From Antedon mediterranea (Eukaryota; Animalia; Echinodermata), in assembly GCF_964355755.1 (NCBI RefSeq), contig NC_092670.1, positions 15,052,795 to 15,116,794 of the forward strand: a stretch of DNA of 64,000 nucleotides, in the 5' to 3' direction. Numbering within the stretch: position 1 is the stretch's first letter; each line of letters begins with the position of its first letter. Below the pieces are notes generated by a model. The model was given only the letters and a program-made list of their open reading frames with translations. It was not told the origin of the DNA and made no database searches. Shown here piece after piece: positions 26,701 through 41,700 of this stretch. Made by a program: the position numbers and the translations under genes.

Positions 26701-29700
26701 TACAAAACAATAATAATTTCACTAAAAAAACAGCATATACCTCATATGCTCGGCCTTGCCATTCACATAGAGACACACAGGAACTTGCAGGGCGCACACA
26801 CATCTGACTGCCCCAAAATCCTGATGGATTCATGCTTTGTGGAATGTTATCAAAAACAGTGCCTACAGGGCATTCACAATCAGAGGCAGCACGATGAGCT
26901 TCACATGCAACTTTCTGGTTTTCATCGATTGGGCTTAAGGACTCGTCAAAATTGTGATTCAGCCTATCACAATCAGCATCATATACACAGACATCATCAC
27001 ATATAACTGTACATAGAAAACAAATGTTCTGTATTATGTTTACACAAACCAACAGTGGTGTCATGGTAGTTTATGAGTGAGATACCTACAGCTAGGGATC
27101 TCACGAAATAGACTGGCATCACACTTGTCAAGGAAAGATGAATCAAATGTGATGTAAAGCTTGGTCTACACTATCAAACTAGTGTGATGTGCCCAAATAT
27201 GGTAGTGATATAACATCATCATGTTACCATGCATGGCAAAATCAGATTTTACCTGGTGGTTCATCAGTTGTGCTATGCTCTGAATCCAAACATTCACAAC
27301 AGCCAATTTCAGGTAGATGTAAAACCTGTCCAAGCTGGAAATAGGAAAGAAAAATAGTGTTTTCTAATGTTCCAAAAATACATTGGACCAAAACTTTTCT
27401 TTATAATTGTTTAACGAACTGGTAAAAATACCTTAAGACTGTGTAAACAAAATAATGAAGACAGAATTAAAAAGCTTATAAAGTGATGATCTAGGCAGTA
27501 AGGAGCTTTTTGAAATTAAAGATATTATTGCATTCCCATTGAGTGTTGTGTTTACTCGGTTATTTGAAGATAGCACTGTCCCTAAATCATAGAAAGAAGC
27601 CATTGTTATACCGTTATTCAAGAAGGGAGATAAAGGGGACCCATCAAATTATAGACCGGTAAGCCTAACTTCGGTTGTTGGGAAGATAATGGAAAGAGTT
27701 ATCAGGGATGAACTTGTTGTTTATTTAGAGTCAAATAAACTTCTATCTGATGTGCAGTTTGGTTTTAGAAAGGGACGGTCATGTGCCCTTCAGTTGTTGG
27801 AAGTTTTAGAGGGTTGGACTAAAAATCTGAATAATTTTGATAATTTTGATTGTGTTTATTTGGATTATAAAAAAGCTTTTGATAGCGTTCCGCATCAGCG
27901 TTTAATTGTTAAATTACAACATTTTGGTATAACTGGTTCGTTACTGGCATGGTCCGGAATTTCTATCGGGGCGTATTCAGCGAGTCCGTGTAAATAGTGA
28001 TTTTTCCCGAAATATTTTGGTTAAAAGCGGAATTCCTCAGGGAAGTGTGATCGGTCCTAGTTTTTTTTCTATTTTTATAAACGACGTGCCTGATTTAATA
28101 AATTCGTCTATTCGTTTGTTTGCTGACGATACGAAGATTTACAGGATTGTTAATGATATTGCGGACTCGGAATTATTACAAACTGATCTAGACAATGCTT
28201 CTAAATGGTCCAAAATGTGGCAATTACCATTTAATGAACAAAAATGTAAAGTTATTCATTACGGAAATAATGTACAACGATTTCTTTATGAAATGTCGGG
28301 TTATTTATTATCGGAGGAAAAATGTGAAAAGGACCTGGGAATTATTTTTTACCCTAGTTTGCATTTTAGTTTACATGTTGCTGACGTTTGTAAAAGGGCA
28401 AATCGGAAATTAGGGATGATAAATCGTGCATTTAAATCTCTAAAGAGGATAGGTTTTTTTAAAATGTATAATACTATGATTCGTCCTATACTTGAGTATT
28501 GCAATACAGTTATAAATCCTATACTTAAGAGAGATCAAAATTTGCTTGAGAAAGTTCAGCAAAGAGCTACTAGGATGATTCCAGGGCTACGTAAAATTTC
28601 ATATAAGGAACGTTTGAGGGTATTAGATTTACCAACTTTAATTTATAGACGACATAGAGCTGACTTGATTCAAGTTTTCAAAATTATAAAGGGTATGGAG
28701 TCTGTCTCAAGTGATTTGGACATAAGTATAAATTAAAGTTTCATCGAGCAAAGTTAAACTTGAGAAGAAATTTTGTTTTGTTTAGAGTTGTACTTTTGTG
28801 GAATGGTCTTTCTGACTATGTTGTTTCAGCTAGTTCTTTAAATTTGTTTAAAATAGGCTAAACGAGGCATGGGTAAACCATCCATTAAAGTTCACACCGT
28901 TTGTATAATATGACATGATAACTGCGAGGGGCTTTTATAAGCAATTAGGCTTCGCCTCAATTTCCCTCTATTCATACGACTATGAGGGATTACACGTAAA
29001 CAAGTAAAACAAACACAATTTCAAGAAATTAAAAAGAATTTTGTTTGTATAACACTCTAAAGGAAACTAAACTAGATATTAGGTATTAACCATCCTTACA
29101 TTTAAAATTGTAACAGAACTTGTGATCACCTAAATATATTAATGCATTAGTGTAGTCTCTAGCAAGCTGACTTTTTGTATTAAAAGAAGACTAATAAATA
29201 TGTACTCTATACTGTATATTACTCTATTGTCCTATAGCTGGTTTAGCTTGTAGAAGTAGCTGAGTAAGTTTAGCGGCCACTTAAAATATAAACAAATAAT
29301 GTATGCTTTGGGATTATTGCATAGCTGGAGTCAAAAATTATTAGACCTTGATAATGTTTGCTTCTTCACAGCAAAAACTAGCTAGGCCTACTCCAACCAA
29401 GTTATGTGTTTGCTTTGGCCTAGCCTACAACAAAATGTTTTGGTATGGTATAGAAAATAAATATTGACTAGGATTTCAAAAGGGCAAGGTTAAAAATACT
29501 GTATAGCATTCTGTGAGCTCGAGGCTACACTTTATCTATTATATAGTATACTTTCCAGATCACCTTGGGCTTACTTTAAATTATGCCCATTAGCGTAGTC
29601 AATATTTGTATACTATTACTACTCTACTTATATTTACAAATACAAGCTATATACAAAAAGTTTGAATAACATGTTTTGAATTATTTGATTCAATTTGGGT

Positions 29701-32700
29701 GAGCAAGTGATTGAAGGATAATTCTTTAGTTTTTCGATATTTAACCAGACAAAATATGACAATAAAAAAATTACCGTTTCAAAAAATATGAATTTGTCCT
29801 ACAATAATGTATATGTTTTTGTCATTTCTTCATATGTATTACAACTCCACTTACTACTCAAACGGCCAAGATTTATATGTTGATGTAGATAAAGACCCTG
29901 TGAACCGATTTATACCTCATAGCCAATTGTCAAACACTTTCTTAACAGCAGACGTGAGTCTTTTTATTTTTTATTCTTTTTTTACATCGGTTTATATTGA
30001 ATAATATATAACTTTAATAGTTTTTATTCATTCATTTTTCAACCTTATTTTCTTTGTCATTTGATCTAAGATTGATTGCAGTATCAATGTATTATATACA
30101 ACACATTTCTATTTGTAATAGAATTCATGATTGACATGATCCACAATTTACCAAGCATTTTGATTGCACATATCACTGTCTCCATCAGAAAATAATTACA
30201 TTTTATCAATGTCGTAAATGAACTCCATAGAATAAATTTTCCAGTCTTCCTTTATCACTTTCTTAACCCTTACAACAACCTACAGTACTTCATTCAAATA
30301 TTACTCTTCCTCTCCTTTCTGAACCTTTTCATTCATAGTTTCTACACTTTGAAGCAACTTAAAGTAAAACATGAAATTACCTTTCATTTCGTATAGTAAT
30401 ATAATTTAAATTCTATATTATTTTTGAATATTTTTAAAGAAAGCTGTATGGTATAGTAAGGCCTACTATTTTTCTATCACATTATGATATTAAATACTTC
30501 AGATGAAATTTTCTGTGACCTTGAAATACACTTAAGTTAATTATACTATATTTATTGTAAAGTGTTTTTTCCAATAATGACTACAATATTCTTTAATCTA
30601 TACTGAGTCATAAGGATACAAATTATTATTTAACCATTATTAAGTACATTACAGTGTACTTGGCACAGACTTGTTTTATGGTTGGATGGTTTTTGTTTTG
30701 TCATCATACAACAATAGATGACAAATCAATGTTACACCCTTGAAAGAACTTTCTAAAAATCATGGTAGGTTTGATAAACCTGGTAGTAGCAAAAATGCTC
30801 AGATTCTCAGTAGACAACATACATTTAGACATTCTATTTCTTGAATTTGACAATCACGGTGACATTGCAGTTCAGTTCCTTCTCCATTATGAACGCACTC
30901 GCATCGCTCACATCCGTTCCTCTCATATGATTGTCCAATCTGTAAAATGCAACCAATAGTTATTTTCTCATCTGCATTGATCTAAGATGGTGTATTTGTC
31001 ACTAATAAAAACAATAAATGAAAACACTCAGGAACTGAGTAAAGTACTATATTTGGAGAGTGAGGGCTCATGCTATTTGATATTTCGGTCCATGTTAAAA
31101 TACCGTATCCGGATATTCACCCCCTGGACATTTACCACCCGGAAAACTACCCCCCGGACAACCACCACCTGGACCACTACCCCCTTAGGACAACTACCCC
31201 TTTAGGACAACTACCCCCCGGACAAATACCCCCCGGACAACTACCCCCCGGACAACTACCCCCTTAGGACAACTACCCCCTTAGGACAACTACTCCCCGG
31301 ACAATTACCCCCCGGACAATTACCCCCCGGGAACAATTACCCCCTAGGAACAATTACCCCCTAGGAACAATTACCCCCGGACAATTACCCCCCGGACAAT
31401 TACCCCCCGGACAATTACCCCCCGGACAATTACCCCCCGGACAATTACCCCCCGGACAACTACCTCTGACACAATACTCCAGGACAACTACTTCCTGGAC
31501 AATACTCCGAGGGAAAATAATCTTTTAGGACAACTACCTCCGTAGGACAACTAACCCCTGGACAACTACCCCCCGGACAATTACCCCCTAGGAACAATTA
31601 CCCCCGGACAATTACCCCCTAGGAACAATTACGCCCTGACAACCTTCCCCCCCCCCCCACCCGGGTAATTACCCCGCGGACAACTACCTCTGACACAATA
31701 CCGGGTAGGACAACTACCTCCTGGACCTGGACAATACTCCGAGGGCAAATAATATTTTAGGACAACTACCTCCGTAGGACAACTAACCCCTGGACAACTA
31801 CCACCCAGAAAACTATCCCTTTAGAACAACTACCCCCCGGACGGACAACTACCACCCAGACCATTCAACAACCTGACTTTGCAACAGTGTATAATAGGAA
31901 TTAATAACTATATTTTAATTCGTTACTTTGACGAATTACTATTCATTATTGTAAACAAAAGTAAAAGATTGAACATAAATATAGCCTGGTTTAAACTGAA
32001 GATTGTCACACATGATCATAGGATAGTCGAACGTATTATATAGTACTCCCTGTATTTACTGTAAAGACTGGGTTCGCTAATAATAATAATAATGTTTGCG
32101 TCAGGACAATGCTTCGATAACCACTCAAATTTGTCATATATGTATTTTTGTACACTTGAAGAATAATATCACTTTTGATATTTGACCTCAATGTTCACTC
32201 ACCGAATAAACGGCGATCTTTAAATAAATTCCCCTCAAATAAACGGTGATCATGTCACTCCCATGAAACATCATATGGAATTAATAATCGGCGTCTATTT
32301 CCATTAGATTATACCCCCTCCCATTGAATAAACAACTTTCTTCCAATAAATGTCCACCTAAAAACCACCTAAACAATAAACAGCCCAGGCCGTTTTGTCA
32401 ATAAATACGGTACTTTAAATCTAGCACATCTAGGGTCTAGCGTGCTGTTAAACAGAATAATCGGTTAAAAACGGGTGTTTCGAAACTAGAGACCCGAGAC
32501 CAGAGACCCGAGACCCAATACGAAAAGGGAGACCTAAATATACGAAAAGAGAGACCCACGTACGAAAAGGGAGACCCTACTATACGAAAAGAGAGACCCT
32601 AATATACGAAAAGGGAGACCTAAATATACGAAAAGGGAGACCCAAATTATACGAAAAGGGAGACCCCACTATACGAAAAGAGAGACCACACTATACGAAA

Positions 32701-35700
32701 AGGGAGACCCTAATATACGAAAAGGGAGACCCAAATATAGGTCTCCCTTTTCGTATTGGGTCTCGTGTCAGGTCTCTGGTCTCGGGTCTCTAGTTTCGAA
32801 ACACCCGTTAAAAACATATGATTTCATTTTTACAGAAACCGTTTGTCTACTTTTGGATTGGGGGGGGGGGGGGTAGTTGACCGGGGGATAGTTGACCGGG
32901 GGGTAGTTATCCTAAGGGGGTAGTTGTCCTAAGGGGGTAGTTGTCCTAAGGGGGTAGTTGTCCGGGGGGTTGTTATCCTAAGGGGGTAGTTGTCCTAAGG
33001 GGGTAGTTGTCCTAAGGGGGTAGTTGTCCTAAGGGGGTAGTTGTCCGGGTGGTAAATATCCGGGGGGTAACTGTCTAGGGGGTAGGTGTCCTAGAACCGT
33101 TAAAATACAGAAGGCATGCTAGATAATATTTCATCTATAAGGTATAGTTAAACAGGTAAGGTAGATTTTTAATATAATATTTTTTTTGAAAATCAATAGG
33201 CATGTTTTGTAAGTATATACTTATTAACCCCCAAACATTTAGGACGCTATCATGCTAAAAAAACAAACAAAGTACTATACTTAGCAAAATTATATTTTGG
33301 CAAGTATAAAATGAAGATATATACATAAATATGTCTTCATTCTTGTAATGTTTTCATCCACTCTGACTCATAAAAACTGTTTTAACAGGCATTTACATTA
33401 TATGATGAATGTTAGATAAAGCTCTGTCTACACTATCAAACTGTATGTGAAAAAAAAAAATGTGATGTGTCCATATATGGGACATGATGATGTCATATCC
33501 CTACAATATTTAATATATCACTACCATATTTGGGCACATCACACTTGTTTTGTCAAACTAGCTTGATAGTGTAGACGTAGCTTTACAATAGATGCATAAC
33601 ATAGTATAAAACTTGATGGAACGTATTTGATCATCATCATGAATACTTACATTCAACACAACATCTAGACTGACCACACATCGGTTTCCACAGCTCAAAC
33701 TTTCTAGACTGACACAAAGTCCTGTATCTCCATAGTTATATGGTTCCAATAAATTAAGGAAATTGCTGTTACTACGAATATCCCTCTCATAGCCCGGTGG
33801 ACACGCACATGGTCTGAGGTTAAATAATGGGGAGCACAAGGGGTTGTTTACATCATTCAATTCCAGTGACCATGCAACTCCACTCCTCATTGATGCCCTT
33901 TGGTTACAAGTAACCATGTAATTGCAAGTTTCATCACAAGCTAAATAAAAGAAATCCAAATATATATATTAATATCCTCTCTTTTTCTCTACATAACGCT
34001 ATTCGTCTTTAGACATTGCGTGTCTTGCCTGTGTTCGCCAGTCCGTGCCTTAGTTTATTATGTATTTTAATTCATTCCAGCAAATAGTAATAAAAGTAAT
34101 TAGTAGGAGGTACAGTACTAATTCTAATAATGCTAACAGACTTTCTTTGCATTCACACTTCTTATTCTATACTAATAAAATCCATTTTTTTTAGGGGCTA
34201 TATCAAAATTATTCTACTGAAATTAACTGCAGTAACTATATATTGTTTACACTTTAACCTGTTTATACCATTATTTAGGAAGCTTTTTTGGAGTAATCAT
34301 ACACATTTATTACAGTGACTGTAAATCATACATTAGTGCAGTAAAAAAAGTAGTTACACGGTAAGGAGTAGAATAGTTTTGACATGATCCCTTCATTTTA
34401 TTTTTAAGAAACTAGATGTGGGCTGAACTGATACGATACAATTAGCATATTTTATGAATAAATTAGCATATCCTTAAAAAAAAATTTGCATATCCTATAA
34501 ATAAAATTAGCATATTCAAATAAATAAAATAAGTATATTTAATAAATAAAATTAGCATCCTATAAATTTAATAAGCATATCCTAAAATATAATAAGCATA
34601 TCCTAAAATAAATTAACATACCCTGTTAATAAATTTGTCATATTCTATGAATGAAACTATAGCATGTCATATAAAATTATCGTCTTATAAATAAAATAAG
34701 CATATCCTATATAAATAGAATTAACATATCCTGTTAATAAAACTATAGCATGTCATATAAAATTAGCATCCTACAAATAAAATTAGAATATCTTATGAAT
34801 GAATAAATAACATTTTGCTTACGTGGCAGAGGTGTTGTCATAATAATCTCAGTAGTTGTTCCTGGTGTTGCTGAAAAGAGTAAAAGAAATAATAATTTTA
34901 GATTTAATTTAAGTTCTTTATTGCTGTACATCAGTCAGGAGCCATGTGTCAGTACCTCATCTTTTAGTACAAACATGGTACAAGGAATGCCTAAACTACC
35001 CTATTCGCATATTAAGTTCATTCACTGGTTTTCTCAAAGGTGGCAATCCTGTTTACAAGAGATACACACAAGATTCTCTAGATAAACAAAATCTTATAAA
35101 ATGTCTTGTTTTAAGTGTTTTTGAAAATGTACACATCTGACAAGATTTGAACCCAGGACCCAGTGGTAGGTGAGCATCTAAACCAAGGTACAACTCTACT
35201 TTGACACATGCTATAAAAGTGTACTAATTTTATTGTGAATTGAAACAATAATAAACAATATTAATATGTTTATAATTGTATATATATTATTTTATACCTA
35301 TCTTTAATTTTCTTTTAACATTCATTAATTCCAGTTATTATTTCCAGTAAGTACTTTTTTTATAATTATAGTATTTAATTAAATGTTCGTTCTTTTTTTA
35401 TTTTATAAATGTTATTTTTATTCACATCTCCCAATGAATTTTTTCTCCGATATTTATTTGTGTTTGTTCTGTTAGCAGGATATTAAAAACAGATACTAAA
35501 AAACATATTTTCACATTTAAAATACAGATATATGCAAGGCTCCATTAAATTTTGGAGGCAATCTGGACCAAGATCCCAATTCTGGACAACTTTTGTGGGA
35601 TGGTGGCCAAATTGTGACTTTTTGTGGTCACCAACTGAAAACTACATAATATTTATATAACAATGAACAAAACATATTACATTAGACAAACTCTCTGTTT

Positions 35701-38700
35701 GGCCTTACACATTTTAGTTCGGTATTTTAAACATAAGAAATTAAAAATGAGCCTTTTTCCTTTTTTATATTGAGGTCAGCCTTTGGCGGAGGTATGTAAT
35801 GTATTTTTTGATTGTCCTTGTTATCAATCTGCAGTACAAAAACCAAAACGGCAAAAAAAAAAAACTCTTATCATCTTACATCAATACTCATAAATGAAAT
35901 ATAAAAAACTATAAATTATATAACTACAGTATTCGCATAAAAAAATATAATAATAATACAAGTTTGCACTTACTTTCACAGTCTACTTCGTCACTATGGT
36001 CAGCGCATTCATACCTGGCATTGCATAATAAATGTTGATTGTACAAACAAGAACCATCTGTGCATTGATGAGCGCAAACTGGTTCAGTAGGAGTAGGTGT
36101 AGTTGGTGGTGTTGGTGTAGTTGGTGGTGTTGGTGGCGTCCATGTGGTATAGGTCACTGTTGATGGAGTATACTCCTCTCCTTCACGTACTATGGATATT
36201 TTAAATATATAAACAGTTTTTTTCTAAAGGAAATATGTTGCAAACATAGAAATGAAGTATTTAAACTTAATTAGTCTGCGATTGCAGAGAGTGGCTAACA
36301 AATCTGAGAATAGACTTACAAAAATGTAATCTCATTATTACAAATGAACATCTTTATTAACAATTACAGTAGTCATTTACATGTAAGAATTAAATAAACT
36401 TACCACAACATTCACAACATTCACCTTCACGTTGGTGTGGAACAAATCCCTAAAAAAAAAACTCATCAAAATACGCAATAAAGGGAGGTGATTATATCAA
36501 ATAATCCTAGGTTGAATTGAAGTATCTAAAGTATTTATTTAACTTCACAGATTTCAGTTTACCACTAAAACAATGAAATGTACGTAAGTTATAGAATTAA
36601 TAATCCTACTTACTGGTAAACACACTGGTTGTTGACATTGGATAGTGATGCATTCTTTATCACCAATTGCGTGACACATACAATTCTCACAAGGATTTAC
36701 CATCCACTCAGTACCAACGCGAACGATACGTCCATCATCCGTTTCACAGCGTGCTTTTTGAGAAAACAAATTAATACTTATACAAGATAAAAGAAACTAT
36801 ATTTGTCTTCATAAAAATAAAAAGAATTGTTGACAGCATTTCCAATTAAAAAGATATACGGTATATACGGTGCAAAAACTGACTAAAATTGACTAAAAAC
36901 TGACTTACCGATTGGAACACATTCACATGGGACATTATCATTAGGCAAAGCATTGATCAACTCTTCCTAAAACAAATAAAAAAAAACTATTTTATAATTC
37001 ACTGTAACTTGGTGCTGTTAGCAAAGTGCATGGTAAAGGCACAATGTCAAAATTATTATCTTTTATTAAAATAGCATGAAGCATACACATGGTGACTAAG
37101 ATAGTAAATTGGAATATTCAACAATTATCTATAATTGTTAAGCCTTGTCTACACTATCAAACTTTATGTGTCAAATGGACATGGTAATGTCATATCACTA
37201 CCATATTTAAGCATAGTACTACCACATATGGGCACATAAAATTTGATAGTGCAGACAAGGCTTTAGGAATCAAGTCAAAATTATTCTACTGCAGTTGTAA
37301 CTACATTTTTCTACTGCAATAACGTATGATATCAAATTTTGTTTTTTACTGTGACAATTCACATATTGTGACTGGAATTATGTTCTTGGTATGACTGTAA
37401 AGCTTGAATGGCAAAGCTGACGTATCAATACTAGTTTAACTCATACCATGAACATGGTGTACAAATTATATATTATATTAACCAAATCTTGAAGTGCAAA
37501 GCGGGCAAATAATTTGTGGTTTGACTTTTATTATATACTATTAGGGATCATGTCAAAATTATTGTTAAAAAAATAAATAAATGTAAAAAAAAATAAAATG
37601 ATTATCCCTAAAAAAGTCTGGTAATCATAGCATAAATAGGTTTTAAGAGTTTAAATGTAGTTACTGTAGTATGGTCTTAGTAACTTCATACTTACCTCTT
37701 CATGACAGCTGCTAGGTGTCAGGTCACATACTTCATAACAAATTGATTCGCAGTTGTCATGATTTAACCATTTGCATTCTTGCCATGGCATACCCGGAGT
37801 TCTCCACTTCACATTGCCATTTTCCTGAACACATGAGGTAATATAGTTAGTGCACTGTTCATATTGGTCAAATGATTCATCTTTTTAAAAAAAAATAAAT
37901 ACCAAGATGGTGAAATTATTTTAATTTCTCTGTAAGGTAAAAGTAAAAGTTTAGGCCTGGGTGTAGGTTTCGATAGATTGCCTACTGTATTCCAACCTTG
38001 AGTTTATGTGATATAAACTGTGATTCAATAAGTTTGCAAAAAATCCTGCACCAAAATGTTGAAAGGTGCTGACAAGAACCATGGTTCCACACCCCTCCCC
38101 TTTCGTACAATAAATTAAACTAATTCAGTGAAAACCTGTGGTGGGAATGTTTAAACAAGCATAGTGATCAACAGGAAAGTATTTATTATACAGTATAACA
38201 CCTGTAGATCCTTTTCATTGGTTTGGAGGAATGTGGTCACATGATTCAATAAATACTCTATTAAATCCATGTGACATCACAAGTGCCTTTTTGGTTATAT
38301 GCAAATTTGTATTATGTGTGTTCATTCTTGTTATTATGCAATGTATCCTCCAATCTAATAAAAAAAAAAAAAAATCCATGCAATGGAACAAAATATTTCC
38401 ATTCAATGAAAGTTGAAATTTCACCTCATGAAAATATACACCATTGCAGTCATAAACATTCATTAATTGCATAATATCTTACAAGTACAACTCCTTCTGG
38501 ATGTTCACAAGGGCAGGTCTCAATACAGCTTATACCATCCCAGAAACGGTCTTCTGGACAAACACATCCTGGAGAACAATCTTGTTCATCATATAAGCAG
38601 GCAGGCATCTTGTTGGAACATGTTCTTTGACACGCACATACCTCATCATAAATCTGTCCACCTTGGCACACTATCAAAGAATTAAGTCTTGTGTTTTAGA

Positions 38701-41700
38701 TATTGCCTACACCAGCACAGAGAGCATGAGAATATTAATAGGGCAATTTTCACAAGTGAATCGCAGTAAAGGCCAATTTACACAGACAGGCAGTAACGGT
38801 AAGCGTAAAAGCAAAAACTTGTCCCATGTAGAATCTGTATCTATCCTGAGTGAGTTTTTGCTCCAACCACCGATCTGCTCCGCATTTTGTGTAATCAGTC
38901 ATAAGAAATAACGTTTCAGCTTGTCTGTGTAAATTGGCCGTAATGCTAGAAACTAAACAATTTAGTGAAATACAGTAAAGCACTTTAGGGTTGCAGGGCA
39001 TATATTTGAGCATGCAACATGCGCACTCCTAGAATATAATAACAAAACAATTATTCCCCATGGGGTAATTCTGAACAAATTAATTCGATTAATGGTGTGG
39101 TTTGGAAACAAGATGGCACCTGCAAGCCAGTTGACCAAGCTTTCTATGTATTACAGCTCTGTTTTATACACTACCTGGTGCACAGTGACAGCATTCATTA
39201 ACAGGCTCAACCACCTGATAGCCTTCTTCACAGTTATCCACATGGCATTCTTTAATGGGTACTTGCTCAGAGAGTGGTACACAGTTTGGTAAACATGTTA
39301 CAAATCCACAGTCGGTTACTCGGACACTATCACCATACTACAATAAACAATACACAGCAATAATAAAACCCTTTTCTGAAATATCTATGTGGTATTTATT
39401 TGATTATTAGTATTATTATTTTTTTTTTATTATTAGAAATTTTAGCAACAGCATTGATAATAACCACAAATATATTATGACAGCGATGATGCAGAATGAG
39501 CATTGTGAAACTTTTTTTTTAAGTGTTGCTACAGAATTCATAACGCTATAAGATGGGAAATTCACAACAAAAATGCTATTGTGATCCTCTACGTATACAG
39601 TAGATCTGCGTTTCTAAAGAGCTGCAGTCCATTATATAATGTTTCGAAAATATAATATTGCAACTTTGAAGGTTTAATCAATCAATTAATTGCAATAAAA
39701 ATGAAATTGTATTAATTTTACAGTCTCTCTACGGTAAAAATATTGCTAAAATGGTTCAAATACTGGTATTTTTATTACAGTACTTTTTTGGTAAACAATT
39801 TTTTCAACATTTTTATTTGGCCTTGTCTGTTTTTTTCTTTTAGCTACAGCCTTGTTTACCCTTTAATTAGTAAAATGTTATCTTATTTATAATAAATAAC
39901 ATAAATTTTAAACTCCGAGCTAACCTTTAAAAAAAAACCACTTACATTGAAAAAGTGTCCATTATAGAAACAAGGACAATGATAGTCCCGAATGCACTCA
40001 TTTTCAAACCATACATAACCGTCAGCACAGAAACAGCCAGAGGTGCACACCTCACTTGAACATTCTACTTCAATCTGCCTGTATCTATGATCACATGTTG
40101 TCTCACAGGAACACTCCTTGTAAACTTTTTCACCATGACATTCTAAGGTGGTTGATGGGATAGTTGTCGTTGGTATTGTTGTGGTGGTTGGAGCTGCTGT
40201 AGTTGTTATTACTGTCAAACAAACATTTAAAATGCATATTACTACTTTCATTTCATTTATTATCACTTATTATTTTATTTATTATTAAGTCAAACACACA
40301 TTGCCTTGTTTGAAATTGTAGGCATTAAAATAAAATACAAATAAAATATATAGGTAATAGGAATAATGTATTTTTACAGGAAGGTTTTTTTTTCCACAAA
40401 AGCGACCAAAATTGTCAAGAGTTAAGGCTAGGCCTATTTACCATACTTTCACTGCCATCTCTAGTTTGAAAAGGGCACTTCAGAAAAAAGGGATGGGGGT
40501 TGTTTGAACCCTTGAACACCCAGGCTACTGGTAAGGGTAGGGTGAGTGCATCCTTTAGTATTCTAAATTTTCATGAGAATTTTTGTGGCGCCTAAGTTTT
40601 GAAGAATTTCGATTTTGTGAGTGTTTAAATTTGAATAGGCTGTATTTCTACACACCAAAAATTGAATTGAGTAAATTAAAAAACGAAGCTACCTTACCTT
40701 TTTCACAACCATAAAAGTCAAATCTGATGGAAGGACTGTATCCCAAGGCCCAGGAGGTAATTATTAACCGCATACGTGTAACAGCAATATTACGACTGGC
40801 AAGTTCAAGTGTAAAGGATTCCAGATTATCTCCATTATCCATAGGTATTTCAAAATTCTTTCAAAGTAAAAAAATTCAAAACCACATCATTAGTCTTACT
40901 TCTGATGCAAACATCATGTAACATCCACTTCCCAGAACCCCCACCCCGCCACATCATTGGTCACAATTTTTACAAAAACATAAACTGCATCTATTTGATT
41001 TCAAGTCTTTAGAATTAACAAACTAGAGGGTGAGCTCGCTTCGCTCGCTCCCCCTCTAGGAAGTGTAGACGATGGTTCTCGGAATGATGATGTTCTCCTT
41101 GTACGTTTTCTGTCGGTTCCATTATTGAAAATGCTTGACATTCGTAAAACTAAACTATTCTGTTTCACAGTGTCTCAGATGATTAATAACATTTTAAAGT
41201 ATAGTGTTTATTGTTTGGTAGGGCCCTTATAGGGCGGAGGTGGTGGGGAGCCGGAGTTCATTTGAGGAAGGTGCTTATTCGAGGGATATGTTAAATTTTT
41301 TAGTTTTAATAATATGGTAACATTTATAATCAAATGAAATCTTCTAATAGATATGAAAAGTGGTAATAAAGAATAACAAATGCTTGGTAAATTGTAGATA
41401 ACAGTGCGATGAATTCTACTACAAATAGTATAATTTTTTCTTCCCGTCTTCCAAAGGGACACTGTATTGATTGATGGAAAGTGCCTGTTTCCAGTCACCT
41501 TTAGGGTCAAATCTATTATTTTAACTGCTCCCTTGTGTATAAAAGAGAGAAAATAGTTGAAACCAGGTTGTTGCAAGGTGAACTCATTGTGAATCCGGAA
41601 ATTACTTGGACCACGAAGAATGGAAATTGAGTGAAAATCTACTGTTGAAATCATAAATTTTGTTTAAAAACTCTTTATAATATCTTCCTAAGATAGAAAT

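Noticed and set aside
31070-31267. ORF with GQLPP repeats
   Set aside because: Translation of the foldback arm repeats
32510-32745. Repeat-spacer-like array tacgaaaagggagacc + 5-8 variable bases (CRISPR-like look)
   Set aside because: Spacers are far too short, it lies inside a TIR element with a 9-bp TSD, context is eukaryotic and there are no cas genes
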